Source: an uncultured Myxococcales bacterium (GTDB taxonomy: Bacteria; Myxococcota_A; UBA9042; CAIXZC01). Taken from it: DNA of 64,000 bases. The stretch covers positions 36,368 through 100,367 of the forward strand of contig CAITUV010000019.1 in assembly GCA_903895725.1 (NCBI GenBank). The letters run 5' to 3'. The notes below the pieces were generated by a model. It saw nothing but the letters and a program-made list of their open reading frames with translations, had not been told where the DNA came from and searched no databases. A program made the position numbers and the translations under genes. Shown here piece after piece: positions 55,605 to 64,000 of this stretch (position 1 is its first letter; each line of letters opens with the position of its first letter).

Positions 55605-58600
55605 CTACTCCAGCACCCCCACCAGCTCGGTGTTGCCCGAAATCCGAGCCAGCGACGTGGGCTTGATCGTCAGCTTGGTCCCCGGAGGAACCCCCGGCAC
55701 CAGGCCAGCCAGGTCGATCTCCGGAAGGGCGATGCCGCCGAAGCTCTGCCCCGCAATCTGCCCGAGCGCCCCCTGCAGGACGTCTCCGGCCAGCAGCTCC
55801 TCGATGATCGGCTTGAGCCCCTCGTACCCCTCGGTGACCGACACGATCTCGTAGTCGAACACCGAAATCTGCCCAACCGCCAGCGAGAACGAGGGACCGC
55901 CTTCCCCCTGCTCCAACGCAATCGAGGCCTCGCCGATGAGCGTGGCAAACAGCCCCACCGTGATCGGCTGCCCCATCATCTTGAAGGAGGCCTGCACGTA
56001 CAGGTCCCCCACGCCGAAACGCAACGCCTTGTCCGCATTGCAGTCGGACAGCATCGGGGCCAGGAAGAAGTCCAGCGAGATGGCCGGGTCCACGATTCCA
56101 TACCCCTCCAGAGTCTCCCCGGCTCCGCCGAGCTGCGCAGCCGTCAGCTTCAGGTTCAACGCCCCGCCCCACCAGACCGCAAAAAGAACCTGGTTGAGAA
56201 GGTCGTCGGCCAGCCCCACCGCCACTTCCCCGATCGTGCTGATCTCGTACGGTGGCGCATCCGGACCGGCACAGTCCCCCCGTCCCAGCGCCCCCAGCGG
56301 ATCATGCACCACCTTCTTGGTCGAGCTGGCCTGGGCGTAGAAGCCCATCCGGATCCCGTCCGAAGCGAGGAGCAGCTTCGAATACCGCGTCTGGAGGTGC
56401 AGATTCACCGGCTCTCCCCCCTCCACCAGCGCCGGCACCGATACGTCCTGGTCCAGCTCGAACTGGCTGAAGAGGTCCTCCATCACGCCCGGCAGCATCT
56501 GCTGCATCTGCGACGCCAGCGATGCCTCGATCTGCTGTTCGAACAGCGAAATCACCGCGTTCAGCAACGGCTCCAGGAGCGCCCCCAGACCGGACAGGTC
56601 CAGGCTCACCCCCTCGGTTCCGAGATGGAACTCCTGGAGCGTCGCCTTCGGCTTGCCCGCCTCGTCCAGCTTCACCAGCACCGTGGCAAACAGGTTCACC
56701 TGGTCCACGTGCAACGTCCCGGAAACATCGGGGCAGAGATCGATGACGATCACTTTGCACGTGCCGATGGCATCGACATCGGCGGACAGGTTCTTGAACC
56801 AGGCGTTGAGCTTGAGCCCACCGTCCACCAGAGACATCTGGACGAAGGGGGCGTCCATCTTCACGTTCTTGACGAACACCTTGTAACTGTTGGCATTGTA
56901 GACCGGATTCGGGATGAGGGACCCGAAGTCCAGGTTCGCCAGCATCACCTCCATCAGAGTGGCCAGGTCGTCCGGATTGGCCGGATCGTGTGCGCCGTCA
57001 TCCACGAACTCGTCGGCAAGGAAGAGCTGCAGCCCGTCCGGGACGTGGGTCTTGCTCAGTTCTCCCGTCGTCGGATAGTACTTGTCCGAGTAAGCGAACG
57101 ACCGCACGGTCCGGGTGGTCTGCCCCCCTTCGTCCAGTGCCTCGGCAACCAGAAGGTTGACCGCATGCTTGGCCAGGACGATGTGGGAGAAGCTGTTGTC
57201 CTGCCCGACCTCGGCTGCCTTCCCGTTGATGAAGAACTCGGAAAGCCCGGTGACCGAATCGCTCACCGAGCCGGTCACCGTCACCGACGGCTTGTCGGTC
57301 AGCGTTGCACCCCTCTCGGGGTAGTCCACGGCCAGCAGGGGCCCGCTCCCGTCCACGAGCACCGTGAGCTGAGCCCCCAGGTTCAAAGCATCGGCCAGCT
57401 TCACCGACAGCGTGCGCTTTCCCTCGGTGGTGAACTTGAAATGCCACGGCTGAGTCTCCACCACCCCCTCGGGAGGGCTCACTTCGACCGGTGCCAGGGC
57501 GGCGTCCGGGACCAGGTTGCCGAACTCGTCCCGAACCGCCACCTGGAGCCACAGCTTGTCGAGCACCTTGTAGACCGGTTTGTCGGGCACGGGCGTCAGC
57601 TCCACCTTCATCGGCGGGCCCGGAACCACCTTGAGCACGGCCCCGACCAGCTCGAAGAGGGCCCAGTCCTCCGCCTGCGGAACGCACTTGACCAGGTGAG
57701 AACCGGTCAAGGTGCTGCTCACCGACAGCCCCTGCAACGTGACCTCGGGGGGAGTGAACACCACCATCGGGAAGCCGGCCACCTTGTTCCCCCACAGATC
57801 CGTGGCCTGACACGAAATGCCTGCCCCTTTGCCCGCCGGTACCGTGTCCGGGTTCAACGTGGTCACCAGTCGCCGGGGAACGCCTGCCTCGACCACGAGC
57901 TTGGCCGGACTGCCGGAGTGGGCACCGTCCAGCACGCATGCCACCTCGTATTCCCCGACAGCGGTCGGGGTGAGGGACAGCCCTCCCACGACGGTCCCGG
58001 ACGCCGGATTGACGGCCAGCGTGAACGCCCCGTATACCGGGTTGTCCATCGCGTCGAAGGCCGAGCACGTCGCAACCACCTGGGTCCCGGCCTTGACCTT
58101 CTTCTCGGACAGCTCCGTCAGCACCAGCACCGCCTGTCCCGGCTGGACCGATGCCACGGCCGGAGTCGGGTCCTGCACCTGCCCCCCGTCCGGAGCCGTC
58201 CAGGTGCAGGCGACCTCGTACTCTCCCGGCTTGAGAAAGGTGACCGTGCTGCCGGACACCTGGAAGTCCTCCCCCTCAATACCCGCCACCACGATCCCCG
58301 TCCCCTCCAGCTCCGCGTCAGGACAGTTCTCCAGGAGGCAGCTTACCTCCACCGGCTCGCCCGCCAACACCGCCTCGCCGCTCGGGAGCTTGGTATCCAG
58401 CAACGGCGCATCGGCCAGGCAACCCAGCGAATCAGCGGTCTCGCCCGTCAGGTCGGCCACGAGCTCCGGGCCGATATCCTCCGGCGTCCCCTGCTTCCCT
58501 CCGCCTCCACACGAGCCCGCCAGCAGCGCCGCCACCAACCACGCAGCCGTGCCGAACCAGCGAAACCCTCCCGGGCTGACGCTCGAGCCAATGGACTCCG

Positions 58601-58616
58601 CAGACCGAAGCAACAT
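55605..58616 (-). CDS. Large lipoprotein with Ig-like repeats and BPI/LBP-like C-terminal region
   Basis: Lipobox LAGSC; repeated D..GN.V / G.Y.V.C Ig-like modules; VGLADDLLNQVLFAVWWGGAL. Confidence 0.7.
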   Translation of the reverse strand: MLLRSAESIGSSVSPGGFRWFGTAAWLVAALLAGSCGGGGKQGTPEDIGPELVADLTGETADSLGCLADAPLLDTKLPSGEAVLAGEPVEVSCLLENCPDAELEGTGIVVAGIEGEDFQVSGSTVTFLKPGEYEVACTWTAPDGGQVQDPTPAVASVQPGQAVLVLTELSEKKVKAGTQVVATCSAFDAMDNPVYGAFTLAVNPASGTVVGGLSLTPTAVGEYEVACVLDGAHSGSPAKLVVEAGVPRRLVTTLNPDTVPAGKGAGISCQATDLWGNKVAGFPMVVFTPPEVTLQGLSVSSTLTGSHLVKCVPQAEDWALFELVGAVLKVVPGPPMKVELTPVPDKPVYKVLDKLWLQVAVRDEFGNLVPDAALAPVEVSPPEGVVETQPWHFKFTTEGKRTLSVKLADALNLGAQLTVLVDGSGPLLAVDYPERGATLTDKPSVTVTGSVSDSVTGLSEFFINGKAAEVGQDNSFSHIVLAKHAVNLLVAEALDEGGQTTRTVRSFAYSDKYYPTTGELSKTHVPDGLQLFLADEFVDDGAHDPANPDDLATLMEVMLANLDFGSLIPNPVYNANSYKVFVKNVKMDAPFVQMSLVDGGLKLNAWFKNLSADVDAIGTCKVIVIDLCPDVSGTLHVDQVNLFATVLVKLDEAGKPKATLQEFHLGTEGVSLDLSGLGALLEPLLNAVISLFEQQIEASLASQMQQMLPGVMEDLFSQFELDQDVSVPALVEGGEPVNLHLQTRYSKLLLASDGIRMGFYAQASSTKKVVHDPLGALGRGDCAGPDAPPYEISTIGEVAVGLADDLLNQVLFAVWWGGALNLKLTAAQLGGAGETLEGYGIVDPAISLDFFLAPMLSDCNADKALRFGVGDLYVQASFKMMGQPITVGLFATLIGEASIALEQGEGGPSFSLAVGQISVFDYEIVSVTEGYEGLKPIIEELLAGDVLQGALGQIAGQSFGGIALPEIDLAGLVPGVPPGTKLTIKPTSLARISGNTELVGVLE

Positions 58617-58904
58617 CTCGTTCCTCCTTCCTCGCAGCGGCATGATAACTGTTTGGCGCGCGCGATGGAAGAGGGGCGGTGGTCCCGTGTGGCAGCCCGT
58701 CTTTGTCCTTGAAAGCAACCGGCCCGCGTGCTGTAATGGCCTTGCGGACGATTGGGACCCGCGTGCACTCACTGTTGTTTTGGCCGGGCTGGGTCGGGAT
58801 AGCGAGCCGGAAGTACTGTTTCCAGTATGTTTCCGGGCCCGAGAGCGACACGGGCATCGTGTCCCGCCCCTCGCAGGGAGTGTCGGATGGGGAAGGAGGG
58901 GGAA

Positions 58905-59897
58905 ATGTCGGAGGAGAGGACCGGGCCGGAGGATGGCGAGCCGGGTTGCGACAGCAACGAGCTTCGCAGGAAGGTCGCCAGGTTGGAATCCGAGTGCCAG
59001 CGGCTCAAGGTGCTCAAGGCAACCAACCGGGGACTTGCGCGAGCCAACGCACGCGCCGCCGAGCTGGTTGCCGAGGTCGAGCTTCGAGATGCAGAAATCG
59101 AGAAGCTGAACACGGCCCTGGCCGCCGCCAATGCGAGGGCCGCCACACTGATGGCCGACCTCGAGCTGAACATGGAGGAGCTGGCCCGCTCCAACCAGGA
59201 GCTCGAGCGGTTCGCGTTCGCAGCCTCGCACGACCTCCAGAACCCGCTGCGCACCATTGCCGGCCTCGTGTCGGTCGTCTTGAGGACCAGCCCCCCCGAG
59301 ACGCCCCCCGCCCACGTGCGTCACCTCACCCTTGCCCGGGAAGAGGCCGAACGGATGCTCCGGATGCTGAGCGACCTCCTCGAATACTCACGCCTGCATG
59401 CCGGCGACCTGCGACGAATTCCCGTCGATCTCGACGACCTGCTCGACCAGGTCCTCATCGGGCTGTCGGTCGCCATCGAAGCGGAGCAGGCCCGCATCAC
59501 CCGGGCCCCCCTTCCGTCCGTCCTGGGCTACCGCACTCCCCTCGGCAGACTCCTGCAGAACCTCCTCTCCAATTCGCTCAAGTTCCGAGGAACCGAGGCC
59601 CCGGAGATTCACGTCTCGGCCACGGAAACCGAGGAGGAATGGGTCGTTTCCGTGGAGGACAATGGAATCGGCCTGGATCCTGCCGATTCCGAGAGGATCT
59701 TCCAGATGTTCCAGCGACTTCACCCCAACAGCACTTACGGCGGTACCGGGATGGGCCTCGCCTTCTGCAAGAAGATCGTCGACCTGCACGGAGGCCGGAT
59801 CTGGGTGGACTCGGAGCTCGGCAAAGGGGCCCGGTTCAGCTTCTCCCTTCGCAAGGCCGGTTCCCCCGGGCTGCCGACGGTTGCCGACAACGGCTGA
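58905..59897 (+). CDS. Cytoplasmic sensor histidine kinase
   Basis: ELERFAFAASHDLQNPLR, QNLLSNSLKF, DNGIG, GTGMGLAFCKKIV; no TM. Confidence 0.93.
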   Translation: MSEERTGPEDGEPGCDSNELRRKVARLESECQRLKVLKATNRGLARANARAAELVAEVELRDAEIEKLNTALAAANARAATLMADLELNMEELARSNQELERFAFAASHDLQNPLRTIAGLVSVVLRTSPPETPPAHVRHLTLAREEAERMLRMLSDLLEYSRLHAGDLRRIPVDLDDLLDQVLIGLSVAIEAEQARITRAPLPSVLGYRTPLGRLLQNLLSNSLKFRGTEAPEIHVSATETEEEWVVSVEDNGIGLDPADSERIFQMFQRLHPNSTYGGTGMGLAFCKKIVDLHGGRIWVDSELGKGARFSFSLRKAGSPGLPTVADNG

Positions 59898-59996
59898 CAC
59901 CGCGTCTCGCACGCAGAATGGAAGAGGGGCACGGCCTGCTGTAGAATGGGGCGGAAACGCGGAGCAACCGCGGGATTCCGGGACCGGGAGGAACGC

Positions 59997-62900
59997 ATGA
60001 GTGGAACTTTCAGAAGCACCGGGGGCGGAGCTGGATGGGGATTGACTGCCCTGGCCGGGGCGGGGCGCGTGCTGTCGCTGGGCCTGCTCCTCCTCTCCGC
60101 CTGCTCCGGCACCCCGGGCAGCCAGATCACCCAGCTTGATTCCGGAAGCCTCGACACCCAGGAGCTGCCCTACCCGGCGGACGCGGACGCCAGCGTCCCG
60201 GTCGATGCCGTGCCGCCCGACCTGCTCGACTTGAGCTTCGACCTGATCCCGCCCGAGGTGGACCTCGTTGACGCCGGCCCCGCGTGCGAGCCGGGGAGTG
60301 GATGCTTCCTCGACCCGTGCACGGACAACGGGCAGTGCCTGTCCGGGTGGTGCGTGGAGCACCTCGGTGAGGGGGTCTGCACCACCACGTGCCAGGAGGA
60401 ATGCCCTCTCGGATGGGAATGTCAGCAATATGGCGGCTCGGGCCGCGACCTCATGTTCGCCTGCGTCTCCCTGTTCACCAACCTCTGCAAGCCCTGCAAC
60501 GCCGCCGGCGACTGCATCGGTCCGGGAGGCATCCAGGACGCCTGCGTCCAGTACGGGGGCGGCACCTCCTTCTGCGGGGGAAGCTGCGGCCCCGACACCC
60601 CCTGCCCTGCCGGATTCTCGTGCAAGGAGGCCATCTCCGTCTCCGGAATGCCCCTGTCCCAGTGCCTCCCCGACTCGGGGGAGTGCGCCTGCTCTGCCAA
60701 GTCGATCGCGCTGGCTCTGTCCACCCCCTGCCACGAGGAGAACCCGTTCGGCTCCTGCACCGGAAGCCGCGTCTGCACGCCGGAAGGGCTGTCCGCCTGC
60801 GATGCCCCCGCTCCCGCAGCGGAGAAATGCAACGGCATCGACGACGACTGCGATGGCCAGGTCGACGAGCCGATCGACCTGGAAGGGGTCCCCGTTTCCC
60901 TGTGCAACGACGACAACCCCTGCACCAAGGACGTCTGCGCCGGCAAGGAGGGCTGCCAACTCGAGTCGCTTGACGGAACCGAGTGCCAGGATGGGGACCT
61001 CTGCACCGCCGCCGACCATTGCCAGGACGGGGCCTGCGTAGGCGTTCCGCTGGCATGCGACGACGACGACCCGTGCACCGATGACTCCTGCGGCCCGGCT
61101 GGCCAGTGCGTGCACGAGGCCAACACGGCCAAGTGCGACGACGGCAATCCCTGCACCGTGGGCGACCTGTGCGGAGACGGCAAGTGCGCCGGCGTCCCCG
61201 TCGACTGCGAGTGCACCGCCGACCCCGACTGTGCCAAGCTGGATGACGACAACCTCTGCAACGGAACCCTCTTCTGCAACCTCGACAAGTTCCCTCACGT
61301 CTGCTCGGTGATACCCGGCTCCGAAATCGTATGCCCCCCTCCCGACGGCGATTTCCCATTCTGCCTGAAGTCCGAGTGCCAGCCCGAAAGCGGCGATTGC
61401 CTCACTCTCCCCGACCACGATGGACTGGCCTGCGATGATGGCATCGCCTGCACGCTGGGCGATGCCTGCAGTCAGGGAGTCTGCGCCGGCACGACCCCGG
61501 CCAACTGTGCGGACGACAATCCATGCACCGACGACTCCTGCCTCCCTGACACCGGCTGCCAGCACGTTCCCAACAGCGCCGACTGCAGCGACGGCAATGC
61601 GTGCACCCTGGCCGATACCTGCAAGGCCTCAGCCTGCGTGGGCGGCCCGCTCCAAACCTGCGACGACGGCAATCCCTGCACGGACGACGGCTGCAACCCC
61701 GCATCGGGCTGTACCCACACCCCCAATTCCGCCCCCTGCGACGATGCCAATGCCTGCACCGTCGACGATGCCTGCGCCGCTGGAGCCTGCATCGCCGGCA
61801 AAGCCCAGAGCTGCGACGATGCCAACCTCTGTACCAACGATGCGTGCGACCCCAAGAGCGGGTGCCTCCATACCATGAACTCCGCCCCCTGCGACGACGG
61901 CAGCGTCTGCACCGTAAACGACCTGTGCCAGAAGGGAAGCTGCGTGGGGACCGCACCGCTGACCTGCACCGACGCAAACCCCTGCACCGACGACCAGTGC
62001 CATCCCAAGGACGGGTGTCTCTTCGTCCCCAACTCCGCTCCCTGCGACGACGGCAACGCCTGCACCCTCTCCGACCAGTGCGACTCCGGTCAGTGCAAGA
62101 GCAAGGCCATGCTGGGCTGCAACGACTCCGACCCCTGCACCGACGACGCGTGCGAGCCCGCCGCAGGCTGTGTCCACACGCTCAACACCGCCCCCTGCGA
62201 CGACGGCAACGCCTGCACCTCGAACGACCAGTGCGCTGCGGGAAGCTGCGTGGCCGGCCCCGCCATCGACTGTGCCGACGACAACCCCTGCACCGACGAT
62301 TCGTGCGCCCCCAAGACCGGCTGCAAGCACTCCCCCAACCAGGCCCCGTGCGACGACGGCAACGCCTGCACCGTCGCCGACCAGTGCGAGTCCGGCCAGT
62401 GCAAGAGCAAGGCCATGCTCCCCTGCAACGACTCGGATCCGTGCACCGACGACTCGTGCGACCCCGCCGCAGGCTGCGTCCACAAGCTCAACACCGCCCC
62501 GTGCGATGACGGCGACGTCTGTACCACGGGCGACAAGTGCGCCGCCGGCCTGTGCTCCGGCACGGGGAAGCTCGCCTGCGACGACTCGAATCCCTGCACC
62601 CAGGACTCGTGCGTGTCCGGGCAAGGCTGCACCAACGCTCCGCTGCCCGACGGAACCGCCTGCATCGCACAGGGCGTGTGTGTCGGCGCCTGCAAGTCGG
62701 CAGCGTGCGAGGAGACCGCTCAGGAAGTGTGCGACGGCCAGGACAACGATTGTGACGGCATCGCGGACGAGCAAGACGCGACGGGCTGCAGCGACGTCTG
62801 GCCCGACCTCGACGGCGATGGCCACGGGGCCGGCAATCCCTCCTGCCGATGCGGCGTGCCACAGGGATACTCCAAGGTCGCCGATGACTGCAACGACCTG

Positions 62901-63956
62901 GCCTTGGAGGTCTTCCCGGGGGCGGTCGAGGCGTGCAACGGCGTCGATGACGATTGTGACATGGTGACCGACCCCGAAGGGGCTGCCGAGTGCACATCCT
63001 TCCTGCTCGACGCGGACGGCGATGGCTACGGAAAGGACGGCGACTCGAAGTGCCTGTGCGCCGGATCGGTCCCCTATGCAGCGCTCGTCGGAGGGGACTG
63101 CCAGGACGGCAACCCGGCAATCAACCCGGGAGCCTCCGAATCCTGCACCACCGCCGTCGACGACAACTGCGACGGCAAGAACAACGATGGGTGCATCTAC
63201 GGCTCCTGCAAGGAGCTGCTCGCAATGACCCCGGGGACCCCGACCGGCAAGCGTACCATCGACCCCGACGGAAACGGCCCCGTCGCCCCCTACGCCGCCT
63301 GGTGTGACATGACGGCAGATGGCGGAGGGTGGACCCTCATCGGCATTGCCTCCAACACCGGCCCCCGGATGTGGACCTCCACTTCGGTCTTTTCCGACGC
63401 GTCGACGTTCGGCAGCTTGGACCAGATCGCTGCAGCCTACAAGTCGCCCGCCTGGAAGCAGGTCCCGGGCAAGGACTTCATGGTCGAAACCGAAGAGTAC
63501 TCCCTCGGCTACAACGACCTGCTCGCCACCCAATCCATGGCCGACTTCTTCGCCTCCAAGTGGCCCGGCACCTGCAGCTCCACGTGGCTGCACGGGAATC
63601 CGGACTTCACCATCAACCTCAATGCGGAGCAGGCCAAGCTCTTCGGATTCACGCTGCGGGGCTGGGACAACAACGCAAGCTGCTTCCCCAGCGACAACGA
63701 GAACTCCGCCATCTCTCTGCTGACAGCGGAATGCTGCTGGGTCAACGGAATCGGCAACAACACCTGCTGCCAGCCCGAGTGGGTTTCGCACGACCAGAGC
63801 CTGCTCAAGAAGCAGTTCCTCATCCCCGTCGCCTGCAATCCGGCGGTCTGGCCGTGCAGCCCCGGTGGAGTCACGGTCAATGCCTACACGGGAGGCGACA
63901 CCGAGTGCTACGGCACTTCGTGCAAGGTTCCCTGGGCCCGAATGTACGTGCGCTGA
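59997..63956 (+). CDS. Giant Cys-rich lipoprotein: CDDGNxCT repeats, putative metal-binding motifs, C-terminal fibrinogen/intelectin-like domain
   Basis: Lipobox LSAC; ~51-aa CDDGNACT/CNDxDPCTDD units; E.CNG.DDDCDG motifs; SCKE...CDMTADGGGWTL. Confidence 0.9.
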   Translation: MSGTFRSTGGGAGWGLTALAGAGRVLSLGLLLLSACSGTPGSQITQLDSGSLDTQELPYPADADASVPVDAVPPDLLDLSFDLIPPEVDLVDAGPACEPGSGCFLDPCTDNGQCLSGWCVEHLGEGVCTTTCQEECPLGWECQQYGGSGRDLMFACVSLFTNLCKPCNAAGDCIGPGGIQDACVQYGGGTSFCGGSCGPDTPCPAGFSCKEAISVSGMPLSQCLPDSGECACSAKSIALALSTPCHEENPFGSCTGSRVCTPEGLSACDAPAPAAEKCNGIDDDCDGQVDEPIDLEGVPVSLCNDDNPCTKDVCAGKEGCQLESLDGTECQDGDLCTAADHCQDGACVGVPLACDDDDPCTDDSCGPAGQCVHEANTAKCDDGNPCTVGDLCGDGKCAGVPVDCECTADPDCAKLDDDNLCNGTLFCNLDKFPHVCSVIPGSEIVCPPPDGDFPFCLKSECQPESGDCLTLPDHDGLACDDGIACTLGDACSQGVCAGTTPANCADDNPCTDDSCLPDTGCQHVPNSADCSDGNACTLADTCKASACVGGPLQTCDDGNPCTDDGCNPASGCTHTPNSAPCDDANACTVDDACAAGACIAGKAQSCDDANLCTNDACDPKSGCLHTMNSAPCDDGSVCTVNDLCQKGSCVGTAPLTCTDANPCTDDQCHPKDGCLFVPNSAPCDDGNACTLSDQCDSGQCKSKAMLGCNDSDPCTDDACEPAAGCVHTLNTAPCDDGNACTSNDQCAAGSCVAGPAIDCADDNPCTDDSCAPKTGCKHSPNQAPCDDGNACTVADQCESGQCKSKAMLPCNDSDPCTDDSCDPAAGCVHKLNTAPCDDGDVCTTGDKCAAGLCSGTGKLACDDSNPCTQDSCVSGQGCTNAPLPDGTACIAQGVCVGACKSAACEETAQEVCDGQDNDCDGIADEQDATGCSDVWPDLDGDGHGAGNPSCRCGVPQGYSKVADDCNDLALEVFPGAVEACNGVDDDCDMVTDPEGAAECTSFLLDADGDGYGKDGDSKCLCAGSVPYAALVGGDCQDGNPAINPGASESCTTAVDDNCDGKNNDGCIYGSCKELLAMTPGTPTGKRTIDPDGNGPVAPYAAWCDMTADGGGWTLIGIASNTGPRMWTSTSVFSDASTFGSLDQIAAAYKSPAWKQVPGKDFMVETEEYSLGYNDLLATQSMADFFASKWPGTCSSTWLHGNPDFTINLNAEQAKLFGFTLRGWDNNASCFPSDNENSAISLLTAECCWVNGIGNNTCCQPEWVSHDQSLLKKQFLIPVACNPAVWPCSPGGVTVNAYTGGDTECYGTSCKVPWARMYVR

Positions 63957-64000
63957 CCGCAGCTCCGGTTACAACCCGACCCTCAGCAGCGTGCGGGCAT

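Overview
High-GC bacterial chromosome segment, probably Myxococcota or a related deltaproteobacterium (inferred from giant Cys-rich surface lipoproteins, a split F0-only atp operon and a Tgl-like TPR pilotin). Housekeeping content: smpB, trkA/trkH, a phosphohexomutase, atpZ-atpI-atpB-atpE, an abbreviated dcw cluster (mraZ-rsmH-ftsL-[TPR]-ftsI-murE-murF-mraY-ftsW-murG-ftsQ-ftsA-ftsZ, followed by a 30-aa bS22/AURKAIP1-like gene), comEC, a GH36 alpha-galactosidase, an LPP20/LpoB/COG3014 lipoprotein operon, an isolated pduS-pduT microcompartment pair, a histidine kinase and several large secreted proteins. The most notable item is a ~3-kb integrase/excisionase mini-element. Its only cargo is a DUF3800 (RNase H-like) gene preceded by a 63-nt three-way-junction RNA that starts at the predicted transcription start and carries two copies of one A-A-mismatch helix, a candidate RNA-protein system. 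Second is a sharply bounded 117-bp patch of AT-ending codons inside the TPR gene of the dcw cluster. No rRNA, intact tRNA or CRISPR array was seen. All family assignments come from motif recognition by eye, not database searches.
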